From Terriglobia bacterium (lineage in GTDB: Bacteria > Acidobacteriota > Terriglobia > Acidiferrales > UBA7541): a DNA stretch of 64,000 nucleotides. Position 1 is the stretch's first letter, and every line of letters begins with the position of its first letter. Shown in pieces: positions 1 to 9,108 of this stretch. The stretch spans positions 3,680,001 through 3,744,000 of the forward strand of contig OY968796.1 in the NCBI GenBank assembly GCA_963695545.1, read 5' to 3'. The notes below the pieces were generated by a model, which saw only the letters and a list, made by a program, of their open reading frames with translations, ran no database searches and had not been told where the DNA came from. The position numbers and the translations under genes were made by a program.

Positions 1-1727
1 AGCCGGCTGATCGGCTCCGTGTGATCCACCATCTTCAAATCGTGCATCACCTTGCAGAAAAATCGCGAATAGATCAGGTGCAAAATCGCGTGCTCGATGC
101 CGCCGATGTACTGGTCGATCGGAAACCAATAGGCCACCGGCGCATTGTCGAACGGCGCCTTGTCGTTGTGCGGATCGGTGTAACGGTAGAAGTACCACGA
201 TGAGTCGACGAACGTGTCCATCGTGTCCGTCTCGCGCCGCGCCGGCCCGCCGCATTTCGGACACGTGGTGTTCACGAATTCCGGCACGCCCGCCAGCGGC
301 GATTGCCCCTGCCCCGTCAGTGTGACGCTCTCCGGCAACCGCACCGGCAATTCGGAATCGGGCACAGGCACCATGCCGTCGGTCTCGCAATAAACCACCG
401 GAATCGGCGTGCCCCAATAACGCTGCCGCGAAATTCCCCAGTCCTTCAGCCGATACACGGTTTCGCCCGAACCGTATCCGCCCTTTTCGGCAGCGGCGAT
501 CATGCGCTCCATGGCTTTCTCGGAAGGCAGTCCGGAATATGGACCCGAATCCGTCAGCACTCCGTATCCGGTGAACGCTTCATCGAGCGTGGCGGGAGCG
601 AGCAGCTTGCCCGACGCCGGCTGCACCACGATTTTTTTATCCAGCCGATATTTTGTGGCGAACTCGAAATCGCGTTCATCGTGCGCCGGAACGCACATCA
701 CCGCGCCCGTGCCGTATTCCATCAGCACAAAATTTCCCACCCAGATCGGCACCGGCGATCCGCTGAACGGATTGATCGCGAAGCGCCCCAGAAAAAATCC
801 TTCTTTCTCGGCCGTGGCCAGGTCGGCGCCGCGCACGCTGCGTTTGCGCAGCCGCTCGAGTTGCTGCTCCACCGACGTGCGCCCCGCCACGCCGGCCATG
901 AGTTTTTCAACCAGCGGATGCTCCGGCGCAAGAATCAGCGCCGACACGCCAAAAATCGTGTCGATGCGCGTGGTAAAAACTTCAAGTCCCGCGCCCGCGA
1001 GGCCCGGCGCGTCCATAATTCCAAATCGCACGCGCGCCCCGCGCGATTTTCCAATCCAGTTGCGCTGCATCGCCAGCACGCGCTCGGGCCATCCGCCTGC
1101 GAGATCCGTCAAGCCATCGAGCAGCGCGTCGGCATAGTGCGTCGTCGCCAGAAACCATTGCTCGATTTCTTTGGCTTCCACCAGCGTCGTGTCGTGCTGC
1201 CAGCAACACCCGTCCACCACCTGCTCGTTCGCCAGCACCGTTTGACACAGCGGACACCAATTCACGCGGCTGCGCTTGCGATAAGCCAATCCGCGTTCGA
1301 GCATGCGCAAGAAGAACCACTGATTCCAGCGGTAATATTCCGGCTCGCAGGTGGAAATTTCGCGCCGCCAATCGTAGCTGAAGCCGAAGCGCTGGCAAAC
1401 CGATTTCATCTGCGCGATGTTCGCATTGGTCCAATCGCGTGGCGGAATCCCGCGCTTGATCGCGGCGTTTTCCGCCGGCAAACCGAACGCGTCCCAGCCG
1501 ATCGGATGCAGCACGTTGAATCCGCGCATGCGTTTGTAACGCGCCACGGCGTCGCCGATGGTGTAATTGCGCATGTGGCCCATGTGCAGCGTGCCGGAGG
1601 GGTAAGGCAACATCTCGAGGACGTAATACTTCAGCTTGCCGGGTTCGGCGTCGGACTCGAACGCGCCTTCGCGCTCCCAGCGTTCGCGCCATTTTTCTTC
1701 GATCGCCCGAGGGGCGTAATCCGCCAC
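1..1727 (-). CDS. leuS: leucyl-tRNA synthetase (3' end runs off the window)
   Basis: Manual translation of the minus strand from GTG 1727 gives [17 protein letters not shown]...[23 protein letters not shown] (HIGH motif), then [13 protein letters not shown] and [13 protein letters not shown]. It is absent from the ORF track because there is no stop inside the window. Confidence 0.95.
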   Translation of the reverse strand, partial: MADYAPRAIEEKWRERWEREGAFESDAEPGKLKYYVLEMLPYPSGTLHMGHMRNYTIGDAVARYKRMRGFNVLHPIGWDAFGLPAENAAIKRGIPPRDWTNANIAQMKSVCQRFGFSYDWRREISTCEPEYYRWNQWFFLRMLERGLAYRKRSRVNWCPLCQTVLANEQVVDGCCWQHDTTLVEAKEIEQWFLATTHYADALLDGLTDLAGGWPERVLAMQRNWIGKSRGARVRFGIMDAPGLAGAGLEVFTTRIDTIFGVSALILAPEHPLVEKLMAGVAGRTSVEQQLERLRKRSVRGADLATAEKEGFFLGRFAINPFSGSPVPIWVGNFVLMEYGTGAVMCVPAHDERDFEFATKYRLDKKIVVQPASGKLLAPATLDEAFTGYGVLTDSGPYSGLPSEKAMERMIAAAEKGGYGSGETVYRLKDWGISRQRYWGTPIPVVYCETDGMVPVPDSELPVRLPESVTLTGQGQSPLAGVPEFVNTTCPKCGGPARRETDTMDTFVDSSWYFYRYTDPHNDKAPFDNAPVAYWFPIDQYIGGIEHAILHLIYSRFFCKVMHDLKMVDHTEPISR

Positions 1728-1772
1728 TGTTTCCCTTTCACAGAACTCGCGTCCCGCGAAATCGCGGCGGGA

Positions 1773-2933
1773 TCAGCGCTGCGCGGAGCTTCTTTTCGGC
1801 TTGGGCCGCCGCCGCCCCGCCACGCGCTTGCGTTTCGATTTCGATCTCGACTTCGCCGCCACCGGCTTCGCGCTCACTCGCGCGGATTTCTTCCGCGCGC
1901 CGCCCGCGCGCCGCAGCATCGAAAAACCATTTTCGGCCTTCGGCGCTTGCTCCGCGCCAAATCCCACCACTTCCCACAACGCGCGCACGTTGCGCCGATC
2001 GTCGCCGGGCTTATCGATCGGCGTTTCAAGAATCAACGCGCGCGACGGAATGCCCTGCGGCCCCGTCCGCGCCAGGCGCGGATGCAGCAAGATGCGCCCG
2101 AACGCCACGCGCCCGATCGCGCCGCGCCCGATGTGCTGGTGACGATCCACGCGCGAGCCCAGCGGCGTCTTTGAATCGTTCACGTGCACCACGAAAACGC
2201 GATCGAGCCCCACCGTCAGCTCGATCTCATCCAGCGTGCGATCCAAACCATCCGCCGTGCGAATCTCGTAGCCCGCCGCGAGCGTGTGCGCCGTATCCAG
2301 GCAAACGCCGAGCGGCAATTCCGGCGCGGCGTCCAGAATCGCGCGCAATTCCGCGAAGCGCGAACCCACCGTCGCGCCCGTGCCCGCGGTATTTTCGATC
2401 AGGATGCGCAAATTCCCCGGCCGCAGTCCGCGCATCGCCAGGCGCAATCCTTGGCCAACTCGCGCAATGGCCTCCGCCAGCGTCGTCCCGCGCGCCGAAC
2501 CCGGATGCAGCACCAGAAAATCGGCGCCCAGCGCGAGCGCGCGCACAATTTCATCGTGAAATGCCTGAATCGCACGCGCCTGCTGCACCGGTTCGGGCGT
2601 CGCCAAATTGATCAAATAATTCGCGTGGATCACCAGCGGACCCAGGCCCAGCGCCTCGCGCCGCGCGCGGAATCGCGCCGCGTCCGCTTCCGGAATGCGC
2701 GCGCCGCCGCGCGGCCACATCCGCGGGCTGGCCGAGAAAATCTGCAGCGCGTTGCAACCCAGCTTGCGCGCCGATTCCAGCGCGTTCACCAGATCGCCCG
2801 CTATCGAACTGTGAATCCCCACTCGCACGCTGCCGTCCTGCCACGCGGGCGGTAGCGGTTCGGATTCAAGCTCCAGGCGGTATTCGTCCGAGATGTCGTA
2901 CGGCAGTTCGGAGGTGTGGGAGGATTCCGGCAT
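1773..2933 (-). CDS. nfo: endonuclease IV (AP endonuclease family 2) with a basic C-terminal tail
   Basis: Metal-binding motifs GIHSS, HANYLINL, HPGS, ENTAG, CLDTAH, HVNDS, DRHQHIGRG and ILETP. Confidence 0.93.
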   Translation of the reverse strand: MPESSHTSELPYDISDEYRLELESEPLPPAWQDGSVRVGIHSSIAGDLVNALESARKLGCNALQIFSASPRMWPRGGARIPEADAARFRARREALGLGPLVIHANYLINLATPEPVQQARAIQAFHDEIVRALALGADFLVLHPGSARGTTLAEAIARVGQGLRLAMRGLRPGNLRILIENTAGTGATVGSRFAELRAILDAAPELPLGVCLDTAHTLAAGYEIRTADGLDRTLDEIELTVGLDRVFVVHVNDSKTPLGSRVDRHQHIGRGAIGRVAFGRILLHPRLARTGPQGIPSRALILETPIDKPGDDRRNVRALWEVVGFGAEQAPKAENGFSMLRRAGGARKKSARVSAKPVAAKSRSKSKRKRVAGRRRPKPKRSSAQR

Positions 2934-3087
2934 TCCCTATTTTTTCTAGCCCTCTGTCATGAGATTCACGCAGGCGAGCAAATCTATTGTAGCCGATGCT
3001 CCGGCGATCCGGCAACGCATTTATGGGCCTAAATCGAGCCTTTTCAGCCGCTCGGCCGCGCCGAATCGCCGCGAAAGTCGCGCAATT

Positions 3088-4782
3088 TCAGCGCTTTCCG
3101 GCCTTTTTCGTCTCGCGCGAACCCGATTCCGCCCGGCTGGCTATCGCGCTCTTGGCCTGCGCCGCTTTGCGTTCCGCGTAGATCACGTAATCCGCATATG
3201 GACCCTTGAAGTCGTCGATGTGCCCGCCCTCGAAATGCCAAATGCGCGTCGCGACTTCGTCGATCACGTCGTAGTCGTGCGTCACCAGCAGCACCGTGCC
3301 CGGATACTTCTGCAGCGAAATGTTCAGCGCGTTGATCGACTCCAAATCCAAATGGTTCGTCGGCTCGTCGAGCACCAAAACATTCGGCTTCTGCAGCATC
3401 AGTCGGCAGAAAATCACTCGCGCCGATTCTCCGCCGGAAAGCGCGCTGGTCGGCTTAAGCGCGTCCTCGCCGCTGAACAGCATGCGTCCCAGCAGCCCGC
3501 GCAGTTCCTCCTGCGTCGCGCGCGGATCGAATTGCTGCAGCCAGTCGATCACCGTCGTGCCCTTCACGATCGATTCGGTGTGATCCTGCGCGAAGTAGCC
3601 CACGGACACCTCGTGCCCCCAGGTCACCGTGCCGCCATTGGTCGTAAACAGTTTGTCCGAATCCTCCACAAACCCCGTCGCATTCCGCAGCAACGATTTC
3701 AGCAGCGTGGTTTTCCCCGCGCCGTTGCGCCCCACCAGCGCGATTTTTTCTCCGCGCATCACATTCGCGCTGAATGGCGCGAACACTTTCAATTCGCCGT
3801 ACGATTTCGTCAGGCTCTTGATCTCGATCGGATGCTTGCCCGAGGGCCGCGTCATGTCGAATCGCATGTAAGGCCGCTGGATGTTCGATCGCGCCAGCTC
3901 GGCCGTCTGCATGCGCTCCACTTCCTTCTTCCGCGACATCACCTGCGACGACCGCGTGCCCGCCGAAAATCGCGCGATAAACTCATTCAATTGCGCGATT
4001 TTCTTTTCGCGCACCGCGTTCTGCGCCTCGATGCGCGAACGAATCTGCATCTTGGCCACCACCATGTCGTCGTATCCGCCGACGTACATGATCACCGTCT
4101 CGTAATCGATGTCCGCGATGTAGGTGCACACGCTGTTCAGAAAATGTCGGTCGTGCGAAATCACGATCAGCACGCCTTCGTATTTGCACAAATAATCCTG
4201 CAGCCAGTGCACCGAATCCAAATCCAGGTGGTTGGTCGGCTCGTCCAGCAGCAGCGCCGGCGGAGAGCCAAATAGCGCCTGCGCCAGCAGCACGCGCACT
4301 TTATCGCCGCCCTGCAATTCCCCCATCTTGCGCTCATGCAGCGCGTCTTCCACCCCCAGCCCATCGAGCAGGATCGCCGCATCCGCTTCCGCCGTGTACC
4401 CGCCCTCTTCCCCGACGATCCCCTCAAGCTCGCCCAGCCGCATCCCGTCTTTGTCCGTCAGTTGATCGTGCGGCTTCGCGTACAGCGCGTCGCGCTCCTC
4501 GAGTGCTTTCCACAGCGCCGCGTTCCCCATGATCACCGTGTCGATCACGCGAAATTGGTCGAACGCGAACTGATCCTGCCGCAAAATCCCCAGCTTCTTT
4601 GGCCGCGTCACCGACCCCGCCGAAGGCTCGAATTCCCCCGCCAAAATCTTCATCAGCGTGGACTTACCGGCCCCATTCGGCCCCGTGATGGCGTACCTCC
4701 GCCCCTCCATAAACGAGCAGGTGACGTCTTCAAACAGACGCCTCTCGCCGAACCGCATAGAGATGTTGTTAACGGAAAGCAA
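3088..4782 (-). CDS. ABC-F family ATPase (YbiT-like)
   Basis: Two NBDs (GPNGAGKST and GRNGAGKTT, two LDEPTNHLD motifs) and no membrane domain. Confidence 0.92.
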   Translation of the reverse strand: MLSVNNISMRFGERRLFEDVTCSFMEGRRYAITGPNGAGKSTLMKILAGEFEPSAGSVTRPKKLGILRQDQFAFDQFRVIDTVIMGNAALWKALEERDALYAKPHDQLTDKDGMRLGELEGIVGEEGGYTAEADAAILLDGLGVEDALHERKMGELQGGDKVRVLLAQALFGSPPALLLDEPTNHLDLDSVHWLQDYLCKYEGVLIVISHDRHFLNSVCTYIADIDYETVIMYVGGYDDMVVAKMQIRSRIEAQNAVREKKIAQLNEFIARFSAGTRSSQVMSRKKEVERMQTAELARSNIQRPYMRFDMTRPSGKHPIEIKSLTKSYGELKVFAPFSANVMRGEKIALVGRNGAGKTTLLKSLLRNATGFVEDSDKLFTTNGGTVTWGHEVSVGYFAQDHTESIVKGTTVIDWLQQFDPRATQEELRGLLGRMLFSGEDALKPTSALSGGESARVIFCRLMLQKPNVLVLDEPTNHLDLESINALNISLQKYPGTVLLVTHDYDVIDEVATRIWHFEGGHIDDFKGPYADYVIYAERKAAQAKSAIASRAESGSRETKKAGKR

Positions 4783-4898
4783 TGTTATGAGCGGTGACCA
4801 ACGACAGCAGCGGTGATCAACGGAAAAATAATTATACCGTGCCCCGCAACAAGCCGCAATCGCCGCTAACGCCCTCGTTGACCGCGGTCTACAGAACC

Positions 4899-4996
4899 GT
4901 CATTCTGACCGAAGAGGCGACTCGTTTTTTCAGCCGTCCGCGTCCGCGGACGGGTCGCCTCGCAGTCGCCTGCCCGCCGGAGGCGGGAAGAATCCC
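4899..4996. repeat. REP-like palindromic intergenic element
   Basis: GTCATTCTGA...GAAGAATCCC ends enclose nested hairpins: GAGGCGAC/GTCGCCTC, CCGTCCGCG/CGCGGACGG and CCCGCC/GGCGGG. Confidence 0.6.
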
Positions 4997-5341
4997 TCTT
5001 CGCGTTCTCGTCTCACTCTAGCGGTTGCCCCACACTCCGATCGCGCATGCGACCTTTCTGGCTCCTCACACGCCGCTAACGCCCCGATCAACGCTGCCCG
5101 ACGGTCGTCCCCAATCGGGAAGACGCACGACCCACAATGAAACGCTCCTGCGATCTACCTCATCGCCATTTCGCCAAAGGCCACCATCCTGGCGCGTTCC
5201 CACGCTGAACCGACTCTTCGGACTCGGCACCCAAATTGCATCCAGAACGGGCGCAGCTTGGTCCCGGAAACGCGCGACGCTCCCGAATGCTCCATCGCGC
5301 GAATCACCTGGCGCTCAGATTATCAAAGTGGAGACACCACC

Positions 5342-5818
5342 ATGCGCATCCCGCCAATCCTAATCATGGTCCTGGCCTGCGCCGCCGCCCTGCCCACTCT
5401 CGCCGCGCAGCAAGATCAATCCACGCCGCAAAGCTCCGCACCACAAGCGCCCTCCGAAAAAACCCGCATCTTCGTCACCCAAAGCGATTCCTGGGAAGTC
5501 CATGGCGAATGGCTCCTCGCCGACGGCAGCGGCGCCGGCCTCCAGCGCGGCGGCTCAAGCCCGCAAACCGTTGAGATCATCAAAACTTTCAACCAACGCT
5601 GCCCTGACGTAATCGTCACCACTCACAAAGACAAAGCCGACTACGTGATCGTCCTCGACCACGAAGGCGATAAAGAATTCCTGCTCCATCGCAACAAAAT
5701 CGCCGTTTTCAATCGCGACGGCGACGCCATCTTCACCGATTCCACTCTCGCCCTCGGCACCTCCGTTTCGAATGCCTGCGCCTCTATCCACAAAGATCTG
5801 GCCTACCTGCACCACTAA
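5342..5818 (+). CDS. secreted hypothetical protein
   Basis: ATG 5342 follows GGAG. Signal peptide MRIPPILIMVLACAAALPTLAA; host-like codon usage. Confidence 0.7.
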   Translation: MRIPPILIMVLACAAALPTLAAQQDQSTPQSSAPQAPSEKTRIFVTQSDSWEVHGEWLLADGSGAGLQRGGSSPQTVEIIKTFNQRCPDVIVTTHKDKADYVIVLDHEGDKEFLLHRNKIAVFNRDGDAIFTDSTLALGTSVSNACASIHKDLAYLHH

Positions 5819-5952
5819 CCCCCGCACGGCACTGTCCAAAAATGACCTACCGGTTCCGCGATCTTGCGGATCCGGGACCGTGTCCTTCGCAATCGGCTGC
5901 GTTCGAACAGCTCACTTTCTATTCGAATAACCCATGACTAATATTATATCTA

Positions 5953-5982
5953 TTGACATCACGTCGCCACCCATGCGATGAT
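5953..5982 (+). promoter_or_regulatory. sigma70-like promoter pointing into the repeat array
   Basis: TTGACA (5953-5958), 18 bp, then GATGAT preceded by TGn; AT-rich upstream region. Confidence 0.45.
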
Positions 5983-6140
5983 CTCTTGTGTCCCCGATAC
6001 TCACGCCCGCACCGCAATACGTATCGGCCACTCCCGCCGCCCGGCCCGGCCGCCCGCGTACAGTTTTCGCGTCTCGCCCAATTCCCTCGCGCGCAAATTC
6101 GATTGCTCAAATTCAGCCATTCGCGCACTTCTCGCGCTCC

Positions 6141-6320
6141 AACTCTTCCAGAATCAACACTTCTGAGCATTTCTCACTTTCCCGTATCTCGCTGATTGGC
6201 AAGACTTTGAACTCTACTAGAATCAACACTTCTGCGAATAAGGACTTAAAGTCGAGCAGAATCAACACTTCTGGCGCAAAGGACTTAAAGTCGTTTAGAA
6301 TCAGCACTTCCAAAAAACAC
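6141..6320 (+). repeat. array of four AGAATCA(A/G)CACTTC-core repeats, 39-bp period
   Basis: Cores start at 6150, 6219, 6258 and 6297 (spacing 69, 39, 39). The GACTTAAAGTC palindrome occurs at 6243 and 6282. Confidence 0.9.
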
Positions 6321-6443
6321 GGTAATTATCCCTTGTGAACAAGGAAGGATTATAATGGGTGTGCGTGACAGGCAGTCGGAATGCGTTTGTGCCCAAGCTG
6401 AATAATCTTGACGCCGAGAAACCTCCATGCAATCTTCGCTAGC

Positions 6444-6740
6444 ATGACAGCGGAACACAATCTTCTGGTAAGCCTGAGCGAAGTAAAGGCCTTGGTTCTT
6501 GAGTGCGCTCAATGCAGTTCAAGAAGCTCGATTCCTCCCGACAAACTTAACGATCTCCCGAATGCTTGTCCGCAAGGGCACCGATGGTTTATCGGAGAAC
6601 CTAGTGCAATCCGAAGCGGACAATCCCCTATTTTAGAATTTGCTAAAGCGATGCGCGAGGTTAGGGCACTCGACACCCACAAGCAGGCGATAGGGTTCAG
6701 GATGCTATTGGAATTCGAGGAACCAAAGCGATCGCAATGA
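6444..6740 (+). CDS. small putative zinc-ribbon protein (IS cargo)
   Basis: CAQC...CPQGH motif. Upstream TTGACG-N16-CAATCT promoter-like sequence. Stop overlaps the next ATG (ATGA). Confidence 0.6.
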   Translation: MTAEHNLLVSLSEVKALVLECAQCSSRSSIPPDKLNDLPNACPQGHRWFIGEPSAIRSGQSPILEFAKAMREVRALDTHKQAIGFRMLLEFEEPKRSQ

Positions 6741-6925
6741 GAAAAGTGGGGACCGTTCTCGGCGTCTATCTCTCTTTTCTCATTATCCTGCTCGCCATAT
6801 CGTTTGTTTTCCCGACCACTGGTCCGGGGATATGGCAACCGATCTGGTTCGCGTTTGTGTGGTGTGGCTCCGTGTCGTTCGGTCTTACGTTCCTTTGGTT
6901 CCAGATTAAGCCGCTTTCCAAGTGA
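6737..6925 (+). CDS. small two-TM membrane protein (IS cargo)
   Basis: 62 aa with two hydrophobic segments, translationally coupled to the upstream ORF. Confidence 0.5.
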   Translation: MRKVGTVLGVYLSFLIILLAISFVFPTTGPGIWQPIWFAFVWCGSVSFGLTFLWFQIKPLSK

Positions 6926-6935
6926 CAGGTGCGTT

Positions 6936-7820
6936 CTACCAATCTGGGATTGGCACGATTGAAAAGAATTCGCGCAGATAATTGCCAGTGACCATGCTGT
7001 ACTTGAGCTTGTTTAGCTTTGATGCTTCAACGAAAGCCTTGAAGTCTTTCCGCGCCTCTAGCGGTTTCCCTGTTTTCACTTTGTCGATGTAATATTTGTT
7101 CCAGTGCCATGCGACGAAATCGGCCGCATCAGTTCCGCGTGCGTCTCCTTTGTCGATTATGTTGAAAGAGCTGACCTTAATGAGCGGTCCTGTGGTTGGA
7201 TTGTTCCTCATTTGTTCTACCGATTTCGCTATGTCTCCAATGCCGGGGTCGCCGCTCTCCATAAAATAAGCAAATGATTCCGAAGGGCACGTATCTTGTC
7301 GCCAAAAACCATTAAAAACCAGGCACATTTGGACGGCGTGAGAATGCACGCTTGTCCCATACAAATCTATGTATCCGGGCGGCGCGGTTTGCAGAAACTC
7401 AGCAGGGTTGAATGAGATTGTTCGCGCCATGTACATGTGGCGTCCGATCATTAACGGTATCCGCTTGGAATCCTGAGCGAACAATCGCTCGCGTTCTGAA
7501 TTGTTGCGCTTGAATTCTTCAGCGCCATTGTAAAAGTCCGTAGCATGGAAAGCGTCCGCTCCCCACGGTTTGAGCATTCTTTTCCATGGCCTGATAAATT
7601 TCCTATAGGCTGTTGGCCTAAAAACTACGCAGCCAACAGAGACGATTTCCTCCGTCTCGTCTTTTTTCGCGCCGCGATCTAGGAAAGCCTTAAGCATTAC
7701 TAGGAATCCGTTCCGCTGCGGGAGCACATCGTCCAACAAGGGGATGATGTCTTGGGACGGGCGTTTACGATCAACCGCGAACGCGCATTGACTTTGGGCG
7801 CACATCGGCGCACACTCCAT
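6936..7820 (-). CDS. DUF3800-like protein (IS cargo); true start probably downstream, near MLKAFLD
   Basis: The KAFLDRG...VSVGCV, FHATDF and C-terminal AADFVAW pattern resembles DUF3800. Family recognised by eye, not by HMM. Confidence 0.6.
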   Translation of the reverse strand: MECAPMCAQSQCAFAVDRKRPSQDIIPLLDDVLPQRNGFLVMLKAFLDRGAKKDETEEIVSVGCVVFRPTAYRKFIRPWKRMLKPWGADAFHATDFYNGAEEFKRNNSERERLFAQDSKRIPLMIGRHMYMARTISFNPAEFLQTAPPGYIDLYGTSVHSHAVQMCLVFNGFWRQDTCPSESFAYFMESGDPGIGDIAKSVEQMRNNPTTGPLIKVSSFNIIDKGDARGTDAADFVAWHWNKYYIDKVKTGKPLEARKDFKAFVEASKLNKLKYSMVTGNYLREFFSIVPIPDW

Positions 7821-7825
7821 TCCGT

Positions 7826-7978
7826 ATGGAGCGTGAACCTTCCACGCCGCGAACGCCCAAGACGCTTACTCCCTCCGCCAAGACGAAGAAGCGTATGCAG
7901 CCGTTCACGCGCGATGCGTTCCGAAGCCTGCTAAATAAGGCGATTAAGACGCCCGCTCTGAAACCCTCGACAAGATAG
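7826..7978 (+). CDS. 50-aa basic ORF convergent with, and overlapping, the transposase 3' end
   Basis: MEREPSTPRTPKTLTPSAKTKKRMQPFTRDAFRSLLNKAIKTPALKPSTR, preceded by TTGACT-N17-CACACT (7788-7816). Confidence 0.4.
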   Translation: MEREPSTPRTPKTLTPSAKTKKRMQPFTRDAFRSLLNKAIKTPALKPSTR

Positions 7979-8876
7979 CACGGAACTGTTGGTTCCCCAT
8001 AAATCTGCGGTTGTATCGGAAGGTGTATTCGTTGAGGTAGGTCTGTAGGTACTCCGGCGAAACAGAGTGATAGACGCCGCCGATTCCCCGCTTGATTAGA
8101 CTCCAGAATCCTTCCACGCTGTTGGTATGGATGTCGCCGCGAACGTACACGCCATCGCTGTGCTTGATGGTCCGGTGCCGATAGTCCAAGTGCTTGCCTT
8201 GTTTGTCGCGCAAGAATCCGATGCGGTTGTAGCTGCTCAGTTCGTCGGTATAGATCATGCTTCCCGGTACGATGTGCTTTTTGACCAAGCCCATCAATCG
8301 CTGCCCGGTAACGTCTGGAATGGCTTTGGCGATCACTTGGCCGCCGCGTTGGACAATCGCCACAACCGGAGTTTTCTTTTTGTCTCCGCGCATCGGACGC
8401 CCGCGCTCATACTTTCTGCGACCGCCCATGTAAGTCTCGTCTATCTCGACCGTTGGTCCCTCCAACTGCATGTCGCCTTCTTCGCTGAGTAGGGAGCGAA
8501 TCTGTCGGAACATGCGCCACGCGGTCTTGTAGGTCACGCCAGTCTCGCGCTGAATCTGTTTCGCGGAGATTCCGCAGCGGGTTGAACCCATCAAATAGGC
8601 CGCGTAGAACCAGAGCCGCAGCGAAGTCGAAGACTTTTGGAAGATGGTTCCGGCCAGCGGATAGATGTGATTCCCGCAATGATCGCAAGCGTATGCGGTG
8701 CGGCCAGTCACGCGATGGTGCTTGCGCTCGACGTGGCACTTCGCGCACTCAGTCACGCCGCCCGGATAGCGTTGCTCTTTGATGTATTCGAGGCACGCGC
8801 TGTCAGTCGGAAACTCTTTGTTGAACTCCTTGACGGTGTAGCGCAATTCTTTCGGTATGCTCTGTTTCACTTTCAT
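7944..8876 (-). CDS. IS1595-family DDE transposase
   Basis: N-terminal Zn ribbon (CAKC...CDHC), GISAKQIQRETGVTYKTAWRM HTH, EIDETYMGG, YTDE, HTNSVEGFWSLIKR and YLNEYTFRYN. Confidence 0.96.
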   Translation of the reverse strand: MKVKQSIPKELRYTVKEFNKEFPTDSACLEYIKEQRYPGGVTECAKCHVERKHHRVTGRTAYACDHCGNHIYPLAGTIFQKSSTSLRLWFYAAYLMGSTRCGISAKQIQRETGVTYKTAWRMFRQIRSLLSEEGDMQLEGPTVEIDETYMGGRRKYERGRPMRGDKKKTPVVAIVQRGGQVIAKAIPDVTGQRLMGLVKKHIVPGSMIYTDELSSYNRIGFLRDKQGKHLDYRHRTIKHSDGVYVRGDIHTNSVEGFWSLIKRGIGGVYHSVSPEYLQTYLNEYTFRYNRRFMGNQQFRAILSRVSERAS

Positions 8877-8896
8877 TGGCCACCTTCCATACACAG

Positions 8897-8925
8897 AGCC
8901 TACCAAACGCCCTACTTGTTGTCAA
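8897..8925 (-). promoter_or_regulatory. transposase promoter, with its -35 box inside the terminal IR
   Basis: Minus strand TTGACA-N17-TAGGCT about 20 nt upstream of the tnp ATG. Confidence 0.6.
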
Positions 8926-9108
8926 GGGATAATTACCAAAAACACCCGGGGGGGGAGGGGGGGATATTGCCAACTCAGGAAGTGTCAGCATTTGGTTCCA
9001 CTGTCTGGGACGCGCCGGGCCGCGCCAATTTGCGGTGCACGCGCAACTTACTGTAATATCGGCGCTTCGCGTTTGACCGTTTGGCGCGGCTGTGCGAGCA
9101 TTGCTCCG

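Larger units (their letters stand above)
6321..8937 (-). mobile_element. IS1595-family transposon with passenger genes
   Basis: Terminal inverted repeats GGTAATTATCCCTTGnnAACAAG (6321-6343 and 8915-8937). 8-bp direct repeat AAAAACAC at 6313-6320 and 8938-8945. IS1595 transposase inside; visibly lower GC than the flanks. Confidence 0.95.

Noticed and set aside
303..2174. Long + strand ORF (623 aa) and similar antisense ORFs throughout the window
   Set aside because: These are shadow frames of real genes (leuS, nfo and others), typical of high-GC DNA, and have no recognisable motifs.
3088..4782. Antibiotic-resistance ABC-F
   Set aside because: It looks like a housekeeping YbiT-type protein in a core context with host codon usage.
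6141..6320. CRISPR array
   Set aside because: The 39-bp period leaves only about 10 variable bases per unit, the repeats are degenerate, and there are no cas genes.
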